Source: an uncultured Bacteroidota bacterium (GTDB lineage: Bacteria > Bacteroidota > Ignavibacteria > Ignavibacteriales > Ignavibacteriaceae). From it: 64,000 bases of DNA. The notes beneath the pieces were generated by a model, which was not told where the DNA came from, searched no databases, and was given only the letters and a program-made list of their open reading frames with translations. Both the position numbers and the translations under genes were made by a program. Location: contig CAVYUP010000004.1 of the NCBI GenBank assembly GCA_963771705.1, forward strand, positions 126,656-190,655, read 5' to 3'. Positions 18,092 to 27,876 of this stretch are shown piece by piece (positions within the stretch are counted from its first letter, which is position 1; each line of letters starts with the position of its first letter).

Positions 18092-20074
18092 AAAACTTTA
18101 TGGAAAAATGCTGCGATAAATGCTGGCACACACCGGAAAAACCGTGCGATCTCTTTATAAACTGCTGTACGAAAGGTCCCCTCTGCCATGAATCTGACAG
18201 CTGCAATGAAAAGATAAAGGACCATAACGACGAATTATCGTTTAAGAAGCACGACGTTCCTTTAATATTTATTGGAATGGGGACGTGCGGTCTGGCCGCA
18301 GGAGCGAAGAAAAGTTGAGGAGGCAATTCAGAATGAATTGTCGAAATCAGGAATTAAAGCAAGGATAATTCCCACAGGATGCATCGGCTATTGCGCAAGG
18401 GAGGTCATTGTTGATATAAAACTTCCTGGCGAAGACAGGGTTTCATACTGCGAAATAACCACGAAGATCGTTCCGAAATTCATCCAGAGAACTATTGTGG
18501 AAAAAGGGGTATTCCATGAAAACCTGCTGGGAAAATTCGGAGAATCGGGAGGAGCAGCATCATCAATTAATGAAAATGATTTCTTTAAAAGGCAATTCAA
18601 GATTGTCCTTGAAAACTGCGGAATAATTGATCCTTCATCAATTGATTCATATATAAACGCGGGAGGATTCAGAGCGCTCGACAAGGTTCTCAGGTTAATG
18701 AAACCGGAGGAAGTTATCGATGAAGTTATACAAAGCGGACTAAGAGGAAGAGGGGGGGCAGGATTTTCGGCAGGGAAAAAATGGCAGCTGGCTCACAATC
18801 AGAAAGCCGATCAGAAATATATCATATGCAACGCGGATGAAGGGGATCCCGGCGCATTTATGGATCGTTCCGTTCTGGAAAGCGATCCTTTCAGAATAGT
18901 TGAAGGAATACTGATTGCCGCATACGCAATAGGAGCATCAAAAGGATATGTCTACTGCCGCGCCGAATATCCCCTGGCAATAGAGAGACTCGAAAACACG
19001 ATCTCCCGGTGCAGGGAGTATGGTCTGCTTGGCACAAATATTCTAAACAGCAGCTTTTCATTTGAACTTAAAATTAAAAAAGGGGCCGGCGCTTTTGTCT
19101 GCGGAGAAGAGACCGCCCTGATGGGATCCATCGAAGGAAAAAGAGGAATGCCGCGCCCCCGTCCCCCTTATCCTGCTGATGCGGGACTCTGGGGAAAACC
19201 AACTTCCATAAACAATGTTGAAACTTTCGCGAACGTTCCCGCAGTTATTTACCGAGGAGCTTCATGGTTTAATTCAATCGGTACCAAAACCAGCAAAGGA
19301 ACAAAAGTATTTGCGTTAAGCGGGAAAATAAAAAACACCGGACTGGTGGAAGTTCCTATGGGAATGACATTAAACGATGTTGTTTTCAAGATAGGCGGAG
19401 GGATTCCCGACAATAAAAAATTCAAAGCGATACAGATAGGAGGACCTTCCGGCGGCTGTCTTCCCGAGAGCGTGATAAACACTCCCGTTGATTATGAATC
19501 ATTGAAGCAGGTGGGTGCTATGATGGGATCGGGGGGATTCGTTGTTATGGACGAAGATACCTGTATGGTAGACGTAGCAAAATACTTCCTCACATTCATC
19601 CAAAATGAATCGTGCGGAAAATGCGTACCCTGCAGGGAAGGAACTAAAAGAATGCTGGAAATAATCGAACGCATTCCCACCAGCTACAAGAACACAAAAA
19701 ATAAATTAGATCAGCTTCAGCGCTTTAAAGGAATAGTTCACCTTCAGAGGCTTGCCGATGTAATCCGCGATACCTCTCTGTGCGGACTCGGGCAATCGGC
19801 GCCCAATCCTGTTCTGTCGGGCCTTCAGTATTTCAGGGAGGAATACGAAGAACATCTGTATGACAGAAAATGTTCAGCTGGAGTATGTAAAGAGCTACTT
19901 ACTTTCACGATTGACAATTCGATATGCAACGGATGCGGAGTATGCAGACTAAAATGTACGGTTGACGCCATAGCGGGAGAGAAGAACAAAGCTCATTACA
20001 TAGTTGAGGATAAATGTATTAAATGCGGAATGTGTTTTGAGGCCTGCAGGTTCAAGGCTATTTCGATTAACTGA
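18088..20074 (+). CDS. NuoF/HydB-like NADH/FMN subunit (hydrogenase set 1), with Cys-rich N-terminal extension, N-terminal [2Fe-2S] domain and C-terminal 2x[4Fe-4S] domain. The reading frame is interrupted by a +1 frameshift at the A4 run 18310-18313.
   Basis: ORF 18088-18318 ends ...IFIGMGTCGLAAGAKKS*. ORF 18272-20074 continues in the +1 frame with ..KVEEAIQNEL...TGCIGYCAREV. Together these form one thioredoxin-like [2Fe-2S] domain. Downstream motifs are GRGGAGF, ESCGKCVPCREG, and CNGCGVCRLKC / CIKCGMCFEAC. Automated pipelines would flag this as a pseudogene or frameshifted gene. Confidence 0.8.
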
Positions 20075-20094
20075 AAACTGAATTTGGAAAATGT

Positions 20095-21834
20095 ATGCTT
20101 TCTTTAACGATAAACAATATTAAAGTTAACGCAGAACCGGGAATGACAATACTTGATGCCGCCGATTCTGTAGGAATATCAATACCAACTTTATGTCATC
20201 TGAAAAATCTGATTCCTTCGGGCGCGTGCAGAATCTGTTCTGTTGAAGTAGAAGGACAGAGAGGCCTGGTTCCGGCATGTGCTTTCCCTATTTACGATGG
20301 AATGGTTGTTCAGTGTAATTCCCCAAGAGTAAGGCGCGCGAGGAAAACAATAGTTGAACTTCTCGTAGAAAATCATCCCGATGACTGTCTTATATGCGTA
20401 CGAAATAAAAACTGCGAACTGCAGGATCTTGCCGAACAATACGGATTGAGAGAACACCGTTATGCGGGAGAGAAGAAATGTCATGCTATCGATGTATCAA
20501 GTCCCTCAATTGAGAGAGATCCCGCGAAATGCATTCTATGCGGAAGATGCGTACGTGTATGTCATGAGGTCCAGAAAATAGGGGCGATTGACTTTACCAG
20601 TCGCGGATTTACCAGTATTGTTTCCACCCCCTTTAACAAAGGCCTGAACATAAGCGACTGTATTCTATGCGGTCAGTGCATCCTTGTTTGTCCCACCGCC
20701 GCTTTAAGAGAAAAAAGTTCGCTGAAAGAAGTTTCCAGCGCATTGCTGAATAAGAAGAAATATCCTGTAGTGCAGATAGCTCCGGCTGTACGTGCTACGC
20801 TTGGTGAATTATATAATTATCCTGCAGGAACCGATGTAACAGGACAGCTTGTTACAGCCTTAAGAAGGCTCGGATTCAAAAAAGTATTTGATACAAACTT
20901 TGCAGCCGATCTGACAATAATGGAGGAATCTGAAGAGCTTATAAACCGTATACAGAACAAAACGAAACCGCTGCCTATGTTTACAAGCTGCTGCCCGTCG
21001 TGGATTAAATACGCCGAGATGAACCACCCCGATTTACTTGATCACATATCAAGCTGCAAGTCGCCCCACGAGATGGAAGGAGCAGTAATTAAAACATATT
21101 ACGCTGAAAAAACAGGCATTGATCCGCAGGATATTTTTGTTGTTTCGATTATGCCGTGCACAGTTAAGAAATATGAGGCCAAACGCGCTGAACTTTCTGA
21201 AAATTCACTGCATGATGTAGACGCTGTTTTAACAACGCGTGAACTGGCAAGATTCTTTAAGATTGCGGGGATAAAGTTCGAAGACCTGCCGCAGGATAAC
21301 TTTGACAATCCCCTGGGAGAATCGACAGGCGCCGCGGCGATATTCGGAGCAAGCGGAGGCGTTATGGAAGCAGCGCTGCGAACCGCTTATTTCAAACTAA
21401 CCGGGAAAGAATCGGAGAAAATTAAATATAAGCCGGTAAAGGGTCAGGCCGGGATAAGAGAAGCTTCATTCTGCATTAACAGTATTACCCTCAACACGGC
21501 GGTAGTGAACGGGATTGGAAACATCGGACCCATACTGCAGGAAATAAGAGAAAACAGGAGCAAGTATCATTTCATTGAGGTGATGACTTGTCACGGCGGC
21601 TGTGTAAACGGAGGCGGTCAGCCGATAAACAATGAACCGGAAAAGATAATAAAGAGAATGAAAGCGCTTTATCGTCTTGATGAAAACGCAGCCCATCACT
21701 GCTCGCATGAAAATGAATTTGTTAAACAGCTCTATGAAGAATTTTTTAATGAACCTGACAACCATAAGGTCCATACCATTCTTCACACAAAATATTCAGG
21801 CAGGCAGGAAGTTCCTGCGGAAAATATAAAATGA
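20095..21834 (+). CDS. hydA: [FeFe]-hydrogenase catalytic subunit HydA (M3-type; canonical H-cluster motifs)
   Basis: N-terminal [2Fe-2S] (CHL..GACRIC..C), HxxxCxxC...C cluster, 2x CxxCxxCxxxCP. L1 is FTSCCPSW (20983-21003), L2 is MPCTVKKYEA, L3 is EVMTCHGGCVNGGGQP. Confidence 0.92.
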   Translation: MLSLTINNIKVNAEPGMTILDAADSVGISIPTLCHLKNLIPSGACRICSVEVEGQRGLVPACAFPIYDGMVVQCNSPRVRRARKTIVELLVENHPDDCLICVRNKNCELQDLAEQYGLREHRYAGEKKCHAIDVSSPSIERDPAKCILCGRCVRVCHEVQKIGAIDFTSRGFTSIVSTPFNKGLNISDCILCGQCILVCPTAALREKSSLKEVSSALLNKKKYPVVQIAPAVRATLGELYNYPAGTDVTGQLVTALRRLGFKKVFDTNFAADLTIMEESEELINRIQNKTKPLPMFTSCCPSWIKYAEMNHPDLLDHISSCKSPHEMEGAVIKTYYAEKTGIDPQDIFVVSIMPCTVKKYEAKRAELSENSLHDVDAVLTTRELARFFKIAGIKFEDLPQDNFDNPLGESTGAAAIFGASGGVMEAALRTAYFKLTGKESEKIKYKPVKGQAGIREASFCINSITLNTAVVNGIGNIGPILQEIRENRSKYHFIEVMTCHGGCVNGGGQPINNEPEKIIKRMKALYRLDENAAHHCSHENEFVKQLYEEFFNEPDNHKVHTILHTKYSGRQEVPAENIK

Positions 21835-23849
21835 ACAACGGAATTGTCAGCACAATATTAGATAAATGCAAGAGATGCTACTCGTGCATACGCGAATGCC
21901 CGGCAAAGGCTATAAGTGTTGTTAACGGCCAGGCAGCTGTAATGAGCGAACGATGCATTGCATGCGGTCATTGCGTAAAAGTATGCTCACAGAACGCAAA
22001 GAGGATTAAATCTGATATTGAACTGGTATTAAATACGTTGATACCCGCCGGAAATACAGCCGCTATCATAGCCCCCTCATTTGCCGCGTCGTTTCCTGAC
22101 AACTCTGAAAAAGTACCTTCAGCTTTGAGAAAGCTGGGTTTCTCGAAAGTAATAGAGACCGCCTTCGGGGCAGATCTTATAAGCGATTATTATTTCGAAG
22201 AATTCCAGAAAGAAGACAGCAGAACAGTAATAAGTTCCGCCTGTCCCGCCGTCATTAATTATATAGAAAAGTATCATGGAGAACTGGTGCCCAATCTTGC
22301 CAAAGTGGTTTCCCCTATGATAGCCGTTGGAAAATACTTACGGGCTTTCAGCGGAGCGGACCAGAAGATAGTATTTATTGGTCCCTGCGTAGCCAAGAAG
22401 CAGGAAGCGGAAGCCGACGAAGTTGCAGGAATAATTGATGCTGTACTAACGTTTACCGAGCTGAAAGAAATGCTGGATATAGCAGGAATAAAGGCGGATG
22501 ATCTTCCGGAATCTGAATTTGATCCACCCCATGCTTACCTGGGTAAATCTTTTCCATTAGCGGGAGGGCTGCTTAAGACGGCGAACATTTCGGGTGATAT
22601 TTTAGCCGAAAACATTATAACCGTTGAAGGTAAATCCAAACTCCTTGAGCTGATTGATGAGATATCGGGGAACCGGATCAACGCGAGATTTGCAGATGTA
22701 CTTTTCTGTGAAGGGTGTATAAGCGGACCGGCAATAGACAGCAATCTTAATTACTATTCCCGCAGGGAAAAAGTAATTAAATATATAGAAAAGAAAATCC
22801 ACACCGTAGACAAGCAGGAGTGGAAGAGCAACATCTACAACGCCAGGAATATCGATTTAAGCAGGACATTTTCCGTTAAAAACCAGAGAAGGCCTTATCC
22901 CACCGAAGAAAAGATAAAAGAAATACTTGCCGAGATAAATAAATACACGGTAAAAGATGAATTGAACTGCGGGGCCTGCGGATACAACAGCTGCAGGGAT
23001 TTTGCTGTTGCCATAGCGAAAGGATTAGCCGAAAAGGAAATGTGTCTTCCGCTTCTTATTGATCAGCTTGCCAAAGCTTACGATGATCTGCAGAGTACGC
23101 AGGATCAGCTTCGCACGGCCGAGAAGCTGGCATCAATAGGACAGCTTGCCGCCGGTGTTGCGCACGAGATAAATAATCCCCTTGGTACCATCATGATATA
23201 CGCTTCAATTTTGAAAAAAGAACTGAAAGTAAAAGCTGATGGGGCTCAGTCCTCTGAGGATCTTAATCTTATCATCGAAGAAGCAAACAGGTGCAAGAAC
23301 ATTGTAGGGAACCTGCTGAACTTTGCCCGTCAGGGGAAATTAAATCTCAGTGTAATAAACGTGAGAAGTTTCCTGAAGAACATTCTGAAAAACATAGGAA
23401 TAAATCCCCTTTACAAAGATTATGAAATAAACTGCGGTTTGGTCTCTGATTCATTAGAGATTGAAGGAGATGTTGATCAGCTAAAGCAGGTTTTCTTAAA
23501 TCTGCTCAACAACGCGCTGGAATCAATGGAAGAGAGCAGCAGGAAAATACTGACAATCGGCATTAAAGAAGACGAAGAATACCTGATAATAAAGATAGAA
23601 GACACCGGGTGCGGAATAAGAAAAGAGAATTTCGGAAAAATATTCACACCATTCTTCACTACGAAGAAAATGGGTCGTGGAACGGGTCTTGGACTTGCAA
23701 TAACCTACGGCATCGTGAAAATGCACAAAGGCTCCATTGAATTCCAGAGTGATGAAGGAGAGGGGACAGCATTTACGATAAAACTTCACAAAAAATTAAA
23801 AAAAGTAAGTACTGAAACTATTGAGGAAAATAATGAATACGTCTGTTAA
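21831..23849 (+). CDS. Sensory [FeFe]-hydrogenase-like (HydS/group C-type) domain fused to an Fe-S domain and a histidine kinase
   Basis: 2x[4Fe-4S] motifs (CKRCYSCIRECP, CIACGHCVKVC). H-domain with degenerate motifs SSACPAV (A137 at 22239-22241), GPCVAKKQE, FCEGCISGP. CGACGYNSC...C Fe-S domain. H-box AAGVAHEINNPL. HATPase N/G boxes (LLNNALES, DTGCGI, GTGLGL). The start overlaps the hydA stop (ATGA). Confidence 0.85.
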   Translation: MNNGIVSTILDKCKRCYSCIRECPAKAISVVNGQAAVMSERCIACGHCVKVCSQNAKRIKSDIELVLNTLIPAGNTAAIIAPSFAASFPDNSEKVPSALRKLGFSKVIETAFGADLISDYYFEEFQKEDSRTVISSACPAVINYIEKYHGELVPNLAKVVSPMIAVGKYLRAFSGADQKIVFIGPCVAKKQEAEADEVAGIIDAVLTFTELKEMLDIAGIKADDLPESEFDPPHAYLGKSFPLAGGLLKTANISGDILAENIITVEGKSKLLELIDEISGNRINARFADVLFCEGCISGPAIDSNLNYYSRREKVIKYIEKKIHTVDKQEWKSNIYNARNIDLSRTFSVKNQRRPYPTEEKIKEILAEINKYTVKDELNCGACGYNSCRDFAVAIAKGLAEKEMCLPLLIDQLAKAYDDLQSTQDQLRTAEKLASIGQLAAGVAHEINNPLGTIMIYASILKKELKVKADGAQSSEDLNLIIEEANRCKNIVGNLLNFARQGKLNLSVINVRSFLKNILKNIGINPLYKDYEINCGLVSDSLEIEGDVDQLKQVFLNLLNNALESMEESSRKILTIGIKEDEEYLIIKIEDTGCGIRKENFGKIFTPFFTTKKMGRGTGLGLAITYGIVKMHKGSIEFQSDEGEGTAFTIKLHKKLKKVSTETIEENNEYVC

Positions 23850-24243
23850 AAAAATATTGCTTGTAGACGACGATATCGACCTGCTAGAACAAAACAAACT
23901 GATGCTTGAATCGAAAGGTTATGAAGTTGTTACCGCAGAGAGCGGAAAAGAAGGATGGGAACTTTTCAAAAAAGTAAAACCGGATGGTGCTATAATCGAC
24001 TTAATAATGGAAGAACATGATTCGGGCTTTATTCTCAGCTACAGGATAAAAAAAGACAAGTACGGAAAGACAATTCCCGTATTTGTTCTTACATCCGCGA
24101 CGTACATAACTGGATTTAAATTCAGCGCGGCAACCGATGAGGAAAAAGAATGGATATGCTGCGACGAAATAATCAACAAGCCGGTAGTTATAGATGAACT
24201 TGCGCAGAAACTGGAAGAATATTTCAGTGTGAAAGTATCTTAA
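23833..24243 (+). CDS. Stand-alone response-regulator receiver (CheY-like, no output domain)
   Basis: LLVDDD, IIDLIM (phospho-Asp), LTSAT, NKPV. The ATG at 23833 overlaps the kinase 3' end by 17 nt. Confidence 0.85.
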   Translation: MNTSVKKILLVDDDIDLLEQNKLMLESKGYEVVTAESGKEGWELFKKVKPDGAIIDLIMEEHDSGFILSYRIKKDKYGKTIPVFVLTSATYITGFKFSAATDEEKEWICCDEIINKPVVIDELAQKLEEYFSVKVS

Positions 24244-25766
24244 TGGAAGAAAAAATTCAGCCGAAGGTTTTAGTAGTTGATGACGAAAAAGGACTGCGGC
24301 TCGGGACAAAAAGACTGCTCGAAGCCGAGGGCTACATTGTGAGCTCCGCGGAGAACGGTACTGAAGGGATAAGGCTGGGAACCTCGGAAGAATTTGATCT
24401 AGCGGTTATTGATATGCGGATGCCCGACAAGGACGGGATAAAAGTGCTGAAAGAAATATTGCAGGCATACCCGAATACTATTTGTTTTATCGCTACCGCA
24501 TATGCCAGTTACGAAACGGCAATTGAAGCGACAAAAACAGGAGCGTTTGGTTATATACTGAAACCATTCACTCCCGAAGAACTGCTTTCACGGCTCAAGG
24601 AAGGATATGCAAAGAGGCTCCTGCTGCTGGAAACAGAAAAATGGAAAAGCGAAAGAGAAGAAAGATTACTTGAGGTCGCGTTTGAAAAAACCAGACTAAA
24701 TACCATTGTAAATTCGATAAGCGACGGTGTCTTTGTAGTAAACAAGAAGGGTGAAACAGTTCTTTTCAATCCCGCTCTCACCAGGTACATCAACGTAAAT
24801 CAAATAGAAATCGAAAAGAATACGCTGGAAAAAATCCATCCGAAAATAAAAACTCTTATTAATAAAATCCTTCGTGCCGAAAACCCGGAAAACAAATCGT
24901 ATTCAGATCAGATTGAATTAAAAGAGAGAGGTGAATTATTTATTGAGGCAACATCTTCGGCCGTACCTCATCCTGACGGATCACTTGCCGGGGTAGTTGT
25001 TGTTATAAAAAACATCACCGAACTGAAGAGGATAGAACACCTGAAATCGCAGTTTGTATCGATGGTTTCGCATGAGCTGAAAGCCCCTCTGGCCGCCGTA
25101 TACGGTTATCTGAAACTGCTTACTGACGATGCTTTTGACACCAGCAGAGAGCAGAGGATATCATATATGAAACGTTCGATGGTGAGACTCGATTCATTAT
25201 TAAAAATGGTGAATGACCTCCTTGATATCAGCAGGATGGAATTAAAAACTGTTCAGAGAGAAATAAAACAGGTTGATATTTCTGAAGTTCTTGATTCAAT
25301 ATTGGATTTATTCAGCGCGGAAATACAAAAGAAGAACCTTTCGGTTAAAAAGGATTATGATATAAGCTGCGAGCATTTTTTTGCGGCTAAAGAAGAATTA
25401 GTAAGGCTATTCACAAACCTTATCAGCAACGCAGTAAAATATAACCGTGAACAAGGTTCCATTCATATTACGGCAGAAACAACGGAAAATCATCTGATAA
25501 TAGAAATCCATGACACAGGGATTGGGCTTAAAGAAAACGAGAAAGAAAAGCTCTTTCAGGAATTCTACCGCGCAAAAAATGAAAAAACAAAAGATATAAG
25601 CGGTACGGGGCTTGGTTTATCGATAGTAAAAAAGATCGTTGAATCTTACTCAGGTAAAATAGAAGTAGAATCTGAATTCGGTAAAGGAACCTCATTCAAA
25701 ATATCATTTCCTCTGACAGTGAAGAAAAAAGTTCTAAACGAAGAGAGTAATATACTCATTCAATAA
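24243..25766 (+). CDS. Hybrid REC-PAS-histidine kinase
   Basis: N-terminal receiver (VVDDEKG, VIDMRMPDKDG, KPF), a PAS-like segment (LNTIVNSISDGVFVVNKKGE), H-box MVSHELKAPL, and HATPase (LISNAVKYN, DTGIGL, GTGLGL). The start overlaps the previous stop by 1 nt. Confidence 0.88.
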   Translation: MEEKIQPKVLVVDDEKGLRLGTKRLLEAEGYIVSSAENGTEGIRLGTSEEFDLAVIDMRMPDKDGIKVLKEILQAYPNTICFIATAYASYETAIEATKTGAFGYILKPFTPEELLSRLKEGYAKRLLLLETEKWKSEREERLLEVAFEKTRLNTIVNSISDGVFVVNKKGETVLFNPALTRYINVNQIEIEKNTLEKIHPKIKTLINKILRAENPENKSYSDQIELKERGELFIEATSSAVPHPDGSLAGVVVVIKNITELKRIEHLKSQFVSMVSHELKAPLAAVYGYLKLLTDDAFDTSREQRISYMKRSMVRLDSLLKMVNDLLDISRMELKTVQREIKQVDISEVLDSILDLFSAEIQKKNLSVKKDYDISCEHFFAAKEELVRLFTNLISNAVKYNREQGSIHITAETTENHLIIEIHDTGIGLKENEKEKLFQEFYRAKNEKTKDISGTGLGLSIVKKIVESYSGKIEVESEFGKGTSFKISFPLTVKKKVLNEESNILIQ

Positions 25767-25788
25767 AATAAACTAACGGGACGAATAA

Positions 25789-26169
25789 ATGATTAAAATA
25801 GTAATAATAGACGATGACCCCGACATACTGGATGTAAGTAAAATAGTTCTGTCCTCTAAAGGGTACAGCGTATTTACGGCTCAGAATCCTGATGACGGCT
25901 ATAAATTAATAAAAGATCAGAAACCTGATCTTATTATTCTCGATGTAATGATGAATGAACCGGACGACGGATTTTTCCTTGCGCAGAAATTACGAAGGGA
26001 AAAAATCGACACTCCGATCATAATGTATACATCTGTTTCAAAGACCCTGGGGTTTGAATTCGGCAAGAGCGAAATGGTTCCTGTGGACGAATACGTAGAA
26101 AAACCGATATCACCCGATGAACTAATCGCAAAAGTTGAAAAACTTCTGCCCCAGAAAGTAAAGGAGTAG
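25789..26169 (+). CDS. Stand-alone response-regulator receiver (paralog of 23833-24243, no output domain)
   Basis: IIDDD, LIILDVMM, MYTSVS, EKPI. It shares the unusual TS..x..GF.F insertion with the first REC. Confidence 0.85.
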   Translation: MIKIVIIDDDPDILDVSKIVLSSKGYSVFTAQNPDDGYKLIKDQKPDLIILDVMMNEPDDGFFLAQKLRREKIDTPIIMYTSVSKTLGFEFGKSEMVPVDEYVEKPISPDELIAKVEKLLPQKVKE

Positions 26170-26172
26170 CAT

Positions 26173-26646
26173 ATGCTGGTTTACGAAAAAAACAAATTAT
26201 CGGAGGATGTAGAATCCTTTGTAGAAAAATACGGATCAGACCGATCCGCGCTACTGCCAATTCTGCAGGCGATCCAGAGAAAATATCATCATATATCGGG
26301 ATTCGCGCAGCAGGAGGTTGCAAGACTAATGAATATTCACCCTGTAGAAGTGAACAGTATAATATCCTTTTACTCCTTTCTGCATGAAGACCCCCAGGGG
26401 AGAAATATAGTAAGGTTATGTAAAACAATCTCCTGCGATATGGCGGGAAAGACAGAAGTTGAAAAAGCTGTTCAAAGAGAACTAGGCATTTCATTCGGCG
26501 AAACTACTAAAGATAACCGTATTACACTGGAACATACCAATTGTCTCGGTATGTGCGATGAAGGTCCTGCTATGCTGGTAAACGAGAAAGTTTACACTCA
26601 GCTTGATCCTGAAACTGCGGTAAAAATACTGAGTGAAATAAAGTAG
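26173..26646 (+). CDS. NuoE/HydC-like [2Fe-2S] subunit (hydrogenase set 2)
   Basis: Cys pattern CKTISC ... CLGMCDEGP. It starts 3 nt after the REC gene. Confidence 0.85.
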   Translation: MLVYEKNKLSEDVESFVEKYGSDRSALLPILQAIQRKYHHISGFAQQEVARLMNIHPVEVNSIISFYSFLHEDPQGRNIVRLCKTISCDMAGKTEVEKAVQRELGISFGETTKDNRITLEHTNCLGMCDEGPAMLVNEKVYTQLDPETAVKILSEIK

Positions 26647-26655
26647 GAGAATGAA

Positions 26656-27876
26656 ATGAACACATCATACGCAACAAAAAAGCGCACAGGTCCCGTACTT
26701 TTTTCCGAATACACAAAAGGGGAAGGAATAAGGCATCTGGCCGAAAAATCGCGCGAAGATATTCTATTTGAATTAAAAACCTCCGGACTGAAAGGAAGAG
26801 GCGGGGCAGGATTTCCGACCTCCACGAAGTGGATGCTGACAGCCGCGGCTATTTCCGAGAAGAAATATCTTGTATGCAATGCCGATGAAGGCGAACCGGG
26901 CACATTCAAAGACCGTGTTCTGCTGCTGGAGTACCCAGAGCTGGTATTTGACGGAATGGTTATAGGAGGATACACGACCGGTGCTCAGACAGGGATAGTA
27001 TACCTTCGGGGAGAGTATGAATATATGCTTGAACACCTTGAAGAGTACCTTATGAAGATGCGTGAGGATAATCTGCTCGGTAATAACATTATAGGTAAAA
27101 AAGATTTCAATTTTGATATTAGTATAAGACTTGGCTCAGGAGCATACGTCTGCGGTGAGGAAACCGCACTTATAGAATCCCTTCAGGGGAACAGAGGAGA
27201 GCCGCGCAACAGGCCACCTTACCCGGTGAATACCGGTTATATGGGATACCCCACATCAGTAAACAATGTTGAAACACTCGCCTCGGCCGCGCACATAGCG
27301 GTAAAAGGAGGGGAGTGGTTCAGGCATTTCGGCACCGACAAATCCACAGGATCCAAGTTATTTTCAGTTTCCGGGGACTGCGGCAGGCCGGGTGTTTACG
27401 AACTTCCCTGGGGAAGCTCAATTAAGCAGCTGCTTAAAATAGTTGAGGCCAAAGATACCAAAGCCGTGCAGGTAGGCGGCGCTTCGGGGATATGCATTCC
27501 GAAGACACAGTTCGATCGTATCCTAGCTTACGAGGATGCCGCAACAGGCGGATCTATCATCGTCTTTAATGAGACGCGTGATATGCTTAAGGTGCTAAAG
27601 AATTTCCTCGAATTCTTTGTGGAAGAATCGTGCGGACAATGTACACCCTGCAGGATAGGCAACGTTAAACTGCTTGAGGGTGTTAAGCAGATTGAAAAAG
27701 GAGAATTCACTTTTTCATATATCAACACATTGAAGGAACTCGGGAAGACAATGCAGGTCGCTTCAAAATGTGGACTTGGTCAGTCATCGCCGAATTCTTT
27801 TATTTCAATACTGGAAAACTTTAAGGATGAAATATTCCACACAAACGGAAAGGTGAGAAGAAATGGAAAAGAATAA
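26656..27876 (+). CDS. Minimal NuoF-like NADH/FMN subunit (hydrogenase set 2), lacking the N-terminal [2Fe-2S] and C-terminal ferredoxin-like domains of set 1
   Basis: GRGGAGFP, NADEGEPGTF, ESCGQCTPCRIG, KCGLGQS. The protein ends about 30 aa after the last motif, and no CxxCxxCxxxC motifs are present. Confidence 0.85.
   Translation: MNTSYATKKRTGPVLFSEYTKGEGIRHLAEKSREDILFELKTSGLKGRGGAGFPTSTKWMLTAAAISEKKYLVCNADEGEPGTFKDRVLLLEYPELVFDGMVIGGYTTGAQTGIVYLRGEYEYMLEHLEEYLMKMREDNLLGNNIIGKKDFNFDISIRLGSGAYVCGEETALIESLQGNRGEPRNRPPYPVNTGYMGYPTSVNNVETLASAAHIAVKGGEWFRHFGTDKSTGSKLFSVSGDCGRPGVYELPWGSSIKQLLKIVEAKDTKAVQVGGASGICIPKTQFDRILAYEDAATGGSIIVFNETRDMLKVLKNFLEFFVEESCGQCTPCRIGNVKLLEGVKQIEKGEFTFSYINTLKELGKTMQVASKCGLGQSSPNSFISILENFKDEIFHTNGKVRRNGKE

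Noticed and set aside
18272-18318. The ATG at 18272 as an independent start of the NuoF-like gene, with 18088-18318 as a separate small gene
   Set aside because: The break falls between the GTCG and CxGxC halves of a single [2Fe-2S] thioredoxin-like domain. The residues encoded before the junction in the second frame (MEWGRAVWPQERR) are out-of-frame translation of the first ORF's coding sequence.
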